Under the pieces are notes generated by a model. That model saw only the letters and a list, made by a program, of their open reading frames with translations. It did not search any database and had not been told where the DNA came from. A program made the position numbers and the translations under genes. Below, one piece after another: positions 49,844 to 58,457 of a stretch of 64,000 bases of DNA (position 1 is its first letter; every line of letters begins with the position of its first letter). The stretch covers positions 74,864 to 138,863 of the forward strand of contig JBGALV010000001.1 of assembly GCA_044223515.1 (NCBI GenBank), read 5' to 3'. Source of the stretch: Alphaproteobacteria bacterium. GTDB taxonomy: Bacteria > Pseudomonadota > Alphaproteobacteria > SHVZ01.

Positions 49844-50974
49844 TTACTTCTTCGAGACGGCAAAGGGATCGGCGAAGCGTGGATCCTTGATGAAATCCTC
49901 ATCGGTGAGCGTGCGGAGAAAGGCGATCAGGTCGGTGCGCTCGTCCGAGGTGACCTTGAAGCCCGCGACGAACAGGTCCTTGTTCGGGTGCTGCGAGCCC
50001 GCGCCGGCATAGGGGCCGGAGGCGATCGTCCGGCCGCCGGCGGCGTAGTGGTCGATGACCTCCTCCAGCGTCGCGATGCTGCCGTCGTGCATGTAGGGGG
50101 CGGTGAGGGCCACGTTGCGGAGCGTCGGCGCCCGGAACAGGCCGACATGCTCGGGCCGGCCGGTGACCTCGGCGACTCCGGCGTTGAACGGCGGATAGTT
50201 GCCCGTGCCGCCGATATTGTAGAGGCCGGTGTTGTGGAAGGCGATCTCGAGGAACTGCGTCCGCTCGTGGACCACGTTGTCGTTGAGGTTGAGGCTGCCA
50301 TGGCAGTGGTGGCACTCGAACCGCTCGGAGAAGAAGAGCGCTTCGCCGCGCTTTGCCGAGTCCGAGATCGCGTTCTGCTCGCGGCCGAAGCGATAGCGGT
50401 CGTATGGAGAGTTCGCCGAGATCAGCGTGCGCTCGAAGGTGGCGATCGCCATCGCGATCTTCGGAATCGTGACGTCGCCGCTTGCGTCCTCGGGGAAGGC
50501 GGCCCGCGTCAGCTCGCGGTAGGGCGGATCGGCATTGAGCAGGCCGAGCACGGCCTGCTCGCGGCCAGTGAGCCCCATCTCGACCGGCTGCTCGTTGAAC
50601 ATCGGCACCAACGCCTGGTTCTCCAGCATCTTCAGCAGCGGGTTTGCCCAGGTCAGCACCGGGTTGTAGGCGACGTTGGCCAGCGACATCGCGCTCCGCG
50701 GATGAACCTCGCCGGTGACACCGACCGAGCGTGCCTTGCCGTCGGTGAAGGCGAGGTCCTGTCGATGGCAAGAGGCGCAGGAAAAGGTGCCATCGAGCGA
50801 GAGCCGCTTCTCGTAGAAGAGATGGCGGCCGAGCTCGACCTTGGCCGTCGACATCGCGTTGCCCTCGGGCACCGCCGGCTTCGGCAGCCAGTCGGGAATG
50901 CGCCAGACATACTCCTCGGCACGGGTGCCGCCGATGCCCAGCAGCAGTATCGCGATGACGACGAGCCGGATCAT
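49844..50974 (-). CDS. mbnH: di-haem cytochrome c peroxidase family protein (MbnH/MauG-like)
   Basis: It starts MIRLVVIAILLLG at 50974. It has two haem motifs, CASCH and CHHCH. There is an ATGA overlap with the upstream partner gene. Confidence 0.8.
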   Translation of the reverse strand: MIRLVVIAILLLGIGGTRAEEYVWRIPDWLPKPAVPEGNAMSTAKVELGRHLFYEKRLSLDGTFSCASCHRQDLAFTDGKARSVGVTGEVHPRSAMSLANVAYNPVLTWANPLLKMLENQALVPMFNEQPVEMGLTGREQAVLGLLNADPPYRELTRAAFPEDASGDVTIPKIAMAIATFERTLISANSPYDRYRFGREQNAISDSAKRGEALFFSERFECHHCHGSLNLNDNVVHERTQFLEIAFHNTGLYNIGGTGNYPPFNAGVAEVTGRPEHVGLFRAPTLRNVALTAPYMHDGSIATLEEVIDHYAAGGRTIASGPYAGAGSQHPNKDLFVAGFKVTSDERTDLIAFLRTLTDEDFIKDPRFADPFAVSKK

Positions 50975-51840
50975 CGGTCGAGGCGGAAGAGGCTCTGCGT
51001 GCCGGACGGCAGTCCGAAGGCCGCCATCACCCCGGTGCAGTCCTTGTCGTCGGGTGCGGAGAGGCAGCCGAGCGCGGTGTCCGGCTGGTTGACCGTAACG
51101 TCGGTCTGCGCCAGCAGCGCGGCGATGTCGGCGACGATCACGTCCTTGCCCGGATCGAAGGCGGCGAAGGTCACGGTGGGACGGTTCGGGTTGTCGCATT
51201 TGGCCGGGCGCTGCGTCGCCGCGCCGACCGCACGGCCGTGGCCGGCATGTCCGCCCATCGCCATGCCGCCGGCCGGCTGACAGGCGGTCGATCCGAGATG
51301 CACGACGAAGCCGGGTCCCTTGGCGACGGCCATGTCGAGGCGGAGGAACTTGTAGCCGCCGAGCCAGCTCCAGAAGAGGCCGCTCAGGTTCAGCGGCGAG
51401 TAGGCCAGCAGCGCGTCCTCGTGGTTGAGGCCGAACGGCACGCCGAGCGTGAAGCGGAGGCCGACGTAGTCTCCGGCCGGCACGGTTCCGCCCACCGCCA
51501 GGTTGGTCTCGGTCGTGCCGTTGAGGCAGGGGCCCGACTTGTCCTCGAAGTCGAGCAGGGCCACGTCGCGGTGCTGCCACTTCCGGTCCTGGGTGAGATC
51601 GACCGGAACCGCCTTGCCGGCCCGGTCGACCAGCTGGACCTCGGAGACGTAGAAGCGGAAATCCTGGGGCGTAATCCGCGCCTTGGCGGTGCCGATGCCG
51701 TCGTAGCTCCTGCCGCAGGCGAAGGGCTCGTTTCCGACCATCGCCTTGAAGCGCAGCGTCACCGGCCTGGTCTGCGCCGCCGCCGCCGAAACCATCGTGG
51801 CCAGGACCAGCCCGGCCAGCACTGTCACCTTGCCCTGCAT
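50971..51840 (-). CDS. mbnP: MbnP-family periplasmic protein (metallo-mystery pair partner of MbnH)
   Basis: A signal peptide and a Cys- and Trp-containing periplasmic protein of 289 aa. It lies immediately upstream of a MauG-like di-haem enzyme and is translationally coupled to it, which is the hallmark arrangement of MbnP/MbnH. Confidence 0.6.
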   Translation of the reverse strand: MQGKVTVLAGLVLATMVSAAAAQTRPVTLRFKAMVGNEPFACGRSYDGIGTAKARITPQDFRFYVSEVQLVDRAGKAVPVDLTQDRKWQHRDVALLDFEDKSGPCLNGTTETNLAVGGTVPAGDYVGLRFTLGVPFGLNHEDALLAYSPLNLSGLFWSWLGGYKFLRLDMAVAKGPGFVVHLGSTACQPAGGMAMGGHAGHGRAVGAATQRPAKCDNPNRPTVTFAAFDPGKDVIVADIAALLAQTDVTVNQPDTALGCLSAPDDKDCTGVMAAFGLPSGTQSLFRLDR

Positions 51841-51973
51841 GACCCCTCCTGCGAGCGGGAAGATAACGTCGCCGGGGCTCCGGATCGACGGTCTTTCGGC
51901 TGCAGCGCGAACGGCTTGATCGGGCTCCCCTATTCGGAAATCCTACGGCCTTCCTTTTCATCCAGGATCCTCC

Positions 51974-52726
51974 ATGAACCAGATCGATCTGAAAGGCCGC
52001 GTCGCGGCGATCACCGGCGGCGCTCGCGGCATCGGCTATGCCATTGCCGAGCGCTTCCTGGCCTCCGGTGCCTCGGTGGCGCTTTGGGACGTCGATCCGA
52101 AGGCGATGGAAGAGGCGAAGGCCCAGCTGTCGAAGAAGGGCAAGGTCGACACCCAGAAGGTCGACGTGGTCGACCTCGCCTCGATCGAGGCGGCGGTGAA
52201 GGGCACCGAGGCCGCCCTGGGGCCGCTCGCGATCCTGGTCAACAACGCCGGCATCACCGGCGGCAACGGCAAGACCTGGGAGCTCGACCCCAAGGTCTGG
52301 AAGCAGGTCGTCGACGTGAACCTGATCGGTCCCTTTCTCTGCGCCCGCGGCGTCGTGCCGGGCATGCTGGCCCGCAAGTACGGCCGCATCGTCAACATCG
52401 CCTCGGTCGCCGGCAAGGAGGGCAATCCGAACGCCTCACACTATTCGGCCTCCAAGGCCGGCCTGATCGCGCTGACCAAGTCGCTCGGCAAGGAGCTGGC
52501 GCAGAACGGCGTGCTGGTGAACTGCGTGACGCCGGCCGCCGCCAAGACCGACATCTTCAAGCAGATGAAGCAGGAGCACATCGACTACATGCTCTCGCGC
52601 ATCCCGATGGGCCGCTTTGTCGAGGTCGACGAGATCGCGGCGATGGTCGCCTGGCTGGCCTCCGAGGACTGCTCGTTCACCACCGGCGCGGTCTTCGACA
52701 TCACCGGCGGCCGTTCGACCTACTGA
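51974..52726 (+). CDS. SDR-family oxidoreductase
   Basis: The TGGARGIG cofactor motif and the YSASK catalytic motif. Length 250 aa. Confidence 0.85.
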   Translation: MNQIDLKGRVAAITGGARGIGYAIAERFLASGASVALWDVDPKAMEEAKAQLSKKGKVDTQKVDVVDLASIEAAVKGTEAALGPLAILVNNAGITGGNGKTWELDPKVWKQVVDVNLIGPFLCARGVVPGMLARKYGRIVNIASVAGKEGNPNASHYSASKAGLIALTKSLGKELAQNGVLVNCVTPAAAKTDIFKQMKQEHIDYMLSRIPMGRFVEVDEIAAMVAWLASEDCSFTTGAVFDITGGRSTY

Positions 52727-53790
52727 TGACTCAACGGTACCGCGCGGACGATCTGGTTCGCTTCGCCGAAAGCCTGCTGGTCAAAGCCGGCGTCGCGGCC
52801 GATCACGCGCGGATCACCGCCGAGGTCCTGATCGAGGGCGATCTCATGGGCCACACGACCCATGGGCTCGCGCTCATGAACCAGAACCTCGGCGAGCTCG
52901 AGGCCGGCCGCTACGCCAAGGCGGGCGAGCCCGGCGTCATCTCCGACCGGCCGGCGGCCGTGGTCTGGGAAGGGGCGCCGGACGGCAAGCGTCTGCTGGG
53001 TCCGGTGATCGTGCGGAAAGGCTTCGCGCTTGCGGCCGAACGGGCAAAGACCTACGGCACCGGCACGGTGGTGGTACGGCGCTCGGGCCACATCGCCTGC
53101 CTCGCCGCGTACTTCCCCGAGGTGACGGCGCAAGGCCTCGTCGGGCTGCTCTACTCCAGCGACCCGACCGTCGCCGCCGTAGCGCCACATGGCGGCACTG
53201 CCGGCCGCTTCACGCCGAACCCGATGTCCGCCGGCTGGCCGACCGCTTCCGGCCCGGTGATCATGGACGTCAGCACGTCGATCACCACCAACGGCTTGAT
53301 CGCGCGCCGCAACGCCGAAGGCGCGAAGATGCCCGGCGCCTGGCTCAAGTCGCCGGAGGGCGAGGCGACCGACGATCCGGGCGTGATGTTCCGGAAGCCG
53401 GCGGGTTCGTTGCTGCCGCTCGGCGGCATGGATGCCGGCCACAAGGGCTACGCGCTGGCGCTGATGGTCGAGGCGCTGACCTCCGGCCTCGGCGGTTATG
53501 GTCGGGCCGATGGGGCCACCGGCTGGGGCGCCTCGCTCTTCATCCAGGTGATCGATCCAGCGGCCTTCGGCGGCGGCGATGCCTTCGCCCGCGAGACCGG
53601 CTGGCTCGCCGACTCCTGCCGGACGGCGCCGGTGAAGGCGGGCGACGCGGCGGTCAAGGTCCCTGGCGACGGCGCGCTCGCGCGCAAGGCCGAGCAGCAG
53701 GCGAAGGGCGTCGCCCTTCATCCATCGATCCTGCCTGGCTTGAAGACATGGTGCGAGAAGCTCGGCGTCGAGGCACCGAAGCCAGTTTAA
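52726..53790 (+). CDS. Ldh_2-family (malate/L-lactate/ureidoglycolate dehydrogenase type 2) oxidoreductase
   Basis: It starts MTQRYRADD at 52726, with a TGATG overlap with the SDR stop. It has the Ldh_2 conserved HGL and GHKGYALA motifs. Confidence 0.75.
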   Translation: MTQRYRADDLVRFAESLLVKAGVAADHARITAEVLIEGDLMGHTTHGLALMNQNLGELEAGRYAKAGEPGVISDRPAAVVWEGAPDGKRLLGPVIVRKGFALAAERAKTYGTGTVVVRRSGHIACLAAYFPEVTAQGLVGLLYSSDPTVAAVAPHGGTAGRFTPNPMSAGWPTASGPVIMDVSTSITTNGLIARRNAEGAKMPGAWLKSPEGEATDDPGVMFRKPAGSLLPLGGMDAGHKGYALALMVEALTSGLGGYGRADGATGWGASLFIQVIDPAAFGGGDAFARETGWLADSCRTAPVKAGDAAVKVPGDGALARKAEQQAKGVALHPSILPGLKTWCEKLGVEAPKPV

Positions 53791-53797
53791 GAGCGGC

Positions 53798-54568
53798 CTA
53801 GCGCTTGGCGCCGCGGACCTGGATCCAGGGATATCCCGCTTCGTCGACGCCGACCCGTGACTCGACGCCGTAGACGCGGCTGAGCAGTTCCTCGTCCAGC
53901 ACAGAGCGCGCGGTGCCGTCGACCCAGGTCATGCCCGGGCACAGCATGACCAGCCGGTCGGCGAAGCGCGCGGCCAGGTTGAGGTCGTGCAGCACGACCA
54001 CGGTGATCATCTTCCGTTCGCGGCAGAGGCGTTGGACGTCCTCCATCAGCAGGTGCTGGTGGCGAAGGTCGAGGGCGCTGACCGGCTCGTCGAGCAGCAT
54101 CACGCGCGGATCGCGCAAGAGTGCCTGGGCGAAGAACACGAGCTGCTTCTGGCCGCCGCTGAGCTCGTCGAGCGAGCGGTGCGAGACTTCGGCGAGGCCG
54201 AACTGGTCGAGCGCGATCGCCGCGCGGCGGAGCTCGTCCTCCGGCACATGCAGGGTGAGACGCTCGAGCGAGCCCAGCAGCACCGTCTCCATCGCCGAGA
54301 GGCCCATGCGGCTGCGGTTGTCCTGCGGCATATAGCCGATCGCCGATTGCCAGGTGCGGAGCGTGCGCGAGGCGAGGCTGGCGCCGTCGAGCAGGATGTC
54401 TCCTGATTTCGGCCGATGCTCGCCGAAGAGCGCGCGCAGCAGCGTCGACTTTCCGGCGCCGTTGGGACCGACCAAAGCGGTCAGCTCGCCCTCGCGGAAG
54501 GCGAGATCGAGGCCGCCGACCACCTCGAGGTCGCCATGCGCCAGCGTGAGGTCGCGGACCTGCAGCAT
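53798..54568 (-). CDS. iron-siderophore/cobalamin-type ABC transporter ATP-binding protein (FecE/BtuD-like)
   Basis: It starts MLQVRDLTLAHGD at 54568. It has Walker A (GPNGAGKST) and the signature LSGGQKQ. There is an ATGA overlap with the permease. Confidence 0.85.
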   Translation of the reverse strand: MLQVRDLTLAHGDLEVVGGLDLAFREGELTALVGPNGAGKSTLLRALFGEHRPKSGDILLDGASLASRTLRTWQSAIGYMPQDNRSRMGLSAMETVLLGSLERLTLHVPEDELRRAAIALDQFGLAEVSHRSLDELSGGQKQLVFFAQALLRDPRVMLLDEPVSALDLRHQHLLMEDVQRLCRERKMITVVVLHDLNLAARFADRLVMLCPGMTWVDGTARSVLDEELLSRVYGVESRVGVDEAGYPWIQVRGAKR

Positions 54569-55614
54569 CAGATGCCGATCCGCCGGCGCGACAGGATCAG
54601 GTGCAGGAAGAACGGCACGCCGACCACGGCCGTCACGATGCCGACCGGCACCAGCACGCCCGGCATCAGGATCTTGGAGATGACCGAGGCCGCGGAGAGG
54701 AGGAGGGCGCCGACCAGGCCGGACATCGGCAGCAGGAAGCGCTGGTCCTCGCCGACGAAGAAGCGCGAGAGATGAGGGGCGACGAGCCCGATGAAGCCGA
54801 TGGTGCCGACGAAGCTGATCGCGGTCGCGGTCATGAAAGAGATCAGCGCGATCGTCACGAACCGCAACCACATCACGTTGACGCCGAGCGCGCGGGCGCG
54901 CTGCTCGCCGAGGCGAAGGGCCGTCATCTTCCAGGATTCCCGCATCAGCAGCGGAATCCCGATCAGGCAGGCGACGGCGGTGATCTGGACGCTGGTCCAG
55001 GTCGCCTTGGCGAGGCTGCCGAACAGCCAGAAGACGATCTGCTGGCCGACCTCGGGCGTGGCGCGGAACTGCAGAAGCGACTGCAGCGAATGGAACATGA
55101 AGAGGAGCGCGATCCCGGCCAGCACCATGGTGTCGGTGCCCATGCCGCGGATGTTGCCGACGCCGTAGATCGTCGCCGAGGCGAGGCAGGCGAAGACGAA
55201 GGCGCAGACCGGCACGATGAAGCTGGGATTGAGCCCCCAGCCGCCGTTCTGGATGCAGAGCGACGCGCCGAAGCCGGCGGCGGCGGCGAGGCCGAGCGTG
55301 TAGGGACTCGCGAGCGGGTTGTCGAGCAGCGTCTGCATGGTGGCGCCGCTGGTGCCGAGCGCCACGCCGACGGTCAACGCCATCAGCGCCATCGGCAGGC
55401 GCAGGTCCCAGACGATCGCGCGGAGCATGGTGTCGGCCTCGGCCGGGCCGAGCAGCGTCGCGATCACGTCCTCGACGCGGATCAGCGCCGGGCCGGTCGC
55501 GATGTCGAGCACCAGCAGGCCGCCCAGGACGACGGCCAGGCTGAAGAACGCGACCATGCGCCGGCGCTCGACGCGCCGGTGCATGGCGATCGCATGTTGG
55601 ACGGCGTGGTTCAA
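54568..55614 (-). CDS. FecCD-family ABC transporter permease (BtuC-like)
   Basis: A 348-aa polytopic protein of the FecCD/BtuC family. There is an ATGA overlap with the SBP gene. Confidence 0.85.
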   Translation of the reverse strand: MNHAVQHAIAMHRRVERRRMVAFFSLAVVLGGLLVLDIATGPALIRVEDVIATLLGPAEADTMLRAIVWDLRLPMALMALTVGVALGTSGATMQTLLDNPLASPYTLGLAAAAGFGASLCIQNGGWGLNPSFIVPVCAFVFACLASATIYGVGNIRGMGTDTMVLAGIALLFMFHSLQSLLQFRATPEVGQQIVFWLFGSLAKATWTSVQITAVACLIGIPLLMRESWKMTALRLGEQRARALGVNVMWLRFVTIALISFMTATAISFVGTIGFIGLVAPHLSRFFVGEDQRFLLPMSGLVGALLLSAASVISKILMPGVLVPVGIVTAVVGVPFFLHLILSRRRIGI

Positions 55615-56732
55615 ACTTTGCCGCCGGACAGGTTGATCATGAAGGTGCCCTTGGGCTCGATCGGCAGGTACTTCCTGTAGAAGTTCTGATAGGTGGCCTC
55701 GGGATCGAGGTCGGCGAACAGCTCCGGATAGAGGACCTTGGCGACATATTGCAGCGAAGCGTGGTCCGGGATCGTGCGCGAGGCGCCGTGATAGACGGCG
55801 TGCACGCGGTTGGTCTTGACCGCCGGCAGGTCGGCCCAGCCCGGGCGCTTGGTGAAGCCGGCGAGGCGAGAGCGGGCCTCGTCAGGGGTTACGCCTTCGC
55901 CCATGAGCTGCGCGGTCGCGTGCTTCCGCCACTCGGATCCGGCGATCAGGATCACCTCGGGCTTGGCGGCGAGAACCTGCTCGGGCGAGACCGGCGCCCA
56001 GGTCTTCACCACCTCGCGGGTGATGTTGGCGCCGCCGGCGGTCAGCGCGATTGCGCCCCACATGTGATCGCCGTAGCTGACGCCCTGCTCGGCCGGGCCC
56101 TTGTTGCCGAGCTCGATGTAGATGCGCGGCTGCGGCTTGCCGGACCTGGCGACGCGTTCGCGGATCAGGGTGACCGTGTCCTGGTATTCCTTGTTGATCG
56201 CAGCGGCGCGGTCCTCGGTTCCGAGCACCTGCCCCAGTACCTTCGTGCTGGCGAGGTGCTTCTCCAGCGTCTGGGCGTGGTAGTCGACGACGATCACGGG
56301 AATGCCGAGCGAGACGAGGCGGTTGAAGTCGGCGCCGATGCCCTTCACCTGCCAGTCGCCGAGGATCACGAGGTCGGGCTTGAGCGCGATCACCTTCTCG
56401 ACCGAGAAGGTGTTGACCTCGACCTCGCCGACGTCGACCAGCTGGTCGAGCGACGGACGCTTCGCCAGATGCACTTCCCAGTTCTGCGGGCGCCAGTCCT
56501 TCCAGGCGGCTTTGGAGATGCCGACGACGCGATCCATCGCTTGGCTCCCGCCGACGGCGAGGAAATCCTCGAAGTAGAAGCCGAGCATGATGCGCTTGAC
56601 CGGCATCTCGACGGTGACCTCGCGGCCAAGTACGTCGGTGACCTTGAGCGGTGCGGCGGCGGCGGGGAGGGCGAGTGCGGCGAAGGCCGCGAATGCGGCC
56701 AGGAAGGTTCGGCGATGAAGGGAACGAAACAT
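55611..56732 (-). CDS. periplasmic substrate-binding protein, FecB/BtuF class (Tat signal)
   Basis: It starts MFRSLHRRTFLAAFAAFAALA at 56732 with a twin-Arg signal and a GAGGA RBS. It has the Peripla_BP_2-like fold. It is preceded by a B12 riboswitch. Confidence 0.85.
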   Translation of the reverse strand: MFRSLHRRTFLAAFAAFAALALPAAAAPLKVTDVLGREVTVEMPVKRIMLGFYFEDFLAVGGSQAMDRVVGISKAAWKDWRPQNWEVHLAKRPSLDQLVDVGEVEVNTFSVEKVIALKPDLVILGDWQVKGIGADFNRLVSLGIPVIVVDYHAQTLEKHLASTKVLGQVLGTEDRAAAINKEYQDTVTLIRERVARSGKPQPRIYIELGNKGPAEQGVSYGDHMWGAIALTAGGANITREVVKTWAPVSPEQVLAAKPEVILIAGSEWRKHATAQLMGEGVTPDEARSRLAGFTKRPGWADLPAVKTNRVHAVYHGASRTIPDHASLQYVAKVLYPELFADLDPEATYQNFYRKYLPIEPKGTFMINLSGGKV

Positions 56733-56769
56733 GGAATCCTCGCGGTGCGTTGTGGTCGTCACCGCGAAC

Positions 56770-57030
56770 GAGCTTGCCGGGTCGTCGTGACAACCGGCTC
56801 GCTACCGTCAGGGCACCCCGCCCGTCGGCTTCGCTAAGTGACCACGTCGGACGGCAGGTTTCCTGGCTCGCGGCTCTCTGCCTTGCCGTCGCCTTCCCGG
56901 GCCGAGGAAGCCCAGTGGCACGATGACGGAAGACTCGCCGCTCACAGTTGCGGGGGCAGCCGCGGATCGAAGCGATGGCTCCTACCGCGTTCCCTTTTGA
57001 TCCCCTTTCAGGGAACCGTCCGGACCGGAT
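56770..57030 (-). ncRNA. cobalamin (B12) riboswitch (second copy, minus strand) upstream of the BtuF-like SBP gene
   Basis: The reverse complement contains ...GGGAACGCGGTAGG...CCGCGGCTGCCCCCGCAACTGTGAGCGG...GTGCCACTGGG...GGGAAGGCG. The platform shares long identical stretches with the riboswitch at 46.7 kb (GGGCGGGGTGCCCTGA, CGGTTCGCGGTGACG). Confidence 0.75.
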
Positions 57031-57054
57031 GCTACGCGCCCGCGCCGGGCCGGG

Positions 57055-57462
57055 TCAATTTGCCTTCTTGGCGGCCTTGAGTGCGATACGGATCCGTTCG
57101 ACCACCATCTGGGTCGAGGCCGGCTTGACGATGTATCCGGCAATCCCGAGACCCTTGAGCTTGTGCACGCTCTCGGGATCGTTGGAGGCGGTCAGCATCA
57201 CGACCGGAATCTGCGCGCTTCCGGTCGGCAGCTCCCTGAGCTTGGCCAGGAACTCGAAGCCGTCCATGTTCGGCATCTTGAGGTCGCAGAGGATGACGTC
57301 GACGAACTCGCGATCGGCGGAAATCAGGTCGATCGCCTCCTTGCCGTCGCGGGCTTGCAGGATCTCCTTGAAGCCGATGCCGTTCAGCATCCGCGCCATC
57401 ATCGAGCGGATGAAAAGCTGATCCTCGATCAGCAGGATCCTGATGCTGGCGAACTCGCTCAT
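57055..57462 (-). CDS. single-domain response regulator (CheY-like receiver)
   Basis: It starts MSEFASIRILLIEDQ at 57462. It has the phospho-acceptor Asp in VILCDLKMPNMDG and the conserved Lys in YIVKP. Confidence 0.8.
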   Translation of the reverse strand: MSEFASIRILLIEDQLFIRSMMARMLNGIGFKEILQARDGKEAIDLISADREFVDVILCDLKMPNMDGFEFLAKLRELPTGSAQIPVVMLTASNDPESVHKLKGLGIAGYIVKPASTQMVVERIRIALKAAKKAN

Positions 57463-57554
57463 CGGTCCGTGCCATAGCACATGACCGCGGCGCAGCGAGG
57501 CCGGAATGCGGGGCTGCGGAAGAAGAACGATCCCGTTGGTTAATGACCGAACGG

Positions 57555-58457
57555 TTATTCTTTGACGGCGCCGGTCAGGCTCGAGACGTAGTACTCGACG
57601 AAGAACGAGTAGAGGATCGCCACCGGCAGCGAGCCGAACAGCGCGCCGGCCATCAAGGCGCCCCAGTGATAGACGTCGCCTTCGACGAGCTGGGTCAGCA
57701 CGCCGACCGGAACCGTCTTCTCCTCGGACGAGGAGATGAAGGCGAGGGCGTAGATGAACTCGTTCCACGACAGCGTGAAGGCGAAGATGCCGGCCGAGAT
57801 GAGGCCGGGCACCGCCAGCGGCAGCGTGATCCGCCACAGGATCTGAATGCGCGTGGCGCCGTCGATCAGCGCGCACTCCTCGAGCTCGTAGGGGATGGAC
57901 TTGAAGTAGCCGATCAGGAGCCAGGTGCAGAACGGGATCAGGAAGGTCGGGTAGGTCAGGATCAGCGCCCAGCTCGTGTCGTAGATGCCGAGCCCGTAGA
58001 CCATGGTGGCGAGCGGGATGAACAGGATCGACGGCGGCACCAGGTACGCGAGGAAGATCAGCAGGCCGACGGTCTGTGCGCCCTTGAAGCGGAGCCGCGT
58101 GATCGCATAGGCCGCGAGCACGCTGGCGAAGATCGAGAGTGCGGTCGCCGCGACCGCGACGACCATGGTGTTGAAAAGCCACTCCGGATAGTTGGTCTGA
58201 AAGAGCAGCTTGTTGATGTTGGCGAAGGTCGGGTTCTTGATCAGGAAGGGATTGTGTTCGCGGAGGCTGTAGAGTTCCTCGTTCGGTTTGAAGGTCGTGA
58301 CCCCCATCCAGTAGAACGGGAACAGCAGCACCACGATGAACACGATGAGCGGCACGTAGACCGTCACCAGCCGCCGGGGCAGCGTGTTCAGGTAGTCCAT
58401 GCCGGTCGAGTCGGCGGTCTTCACCTCGCGGACGGCGGTGTCAGTCATCGCGTTCAC
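57555..58457 (-). CDS. carbohydrate ABC transporter permease (MalG-like)
   Basis: A 300-aa protein with the EAA motif (ECALIDGATR). Confidence 0.85.
   Translation of the reverse strand: MNAMTDTAVREVKTADSTGMDYLNTLPRRLVTVYVPLIVFIVVLLFPFYWMGVTTFKPNEELYSLREHNPFLIKNPTFANINKLLFQTNYPEWLFNTMVVAVAATALSIFASVLAAYAITRLRFKGAQTVGLLIFLAYLVPPSILFIPLATMVYGLGIYDTSWALILTYPTFLIPFCTWLLIGYFKSIPYELEECALIDGATRIQILWRITLPLAVPGLISAGIFAFTLSWNEFIYALAFISSSEEKTVPVGVLTQLVEGDVYHWGALMAGALFGSLPVAILYSFFVEYYVSSLTGAVKE

Noticed and set aside
50975-51961. The N-terminal extension of the 705-aa ORF 49844..51961.
   Set aside because: It lies out of frame over mbnP and is Arg/Gly-rich nonsense. The di-haem enzyme starts at 50974 with a signal peptide.
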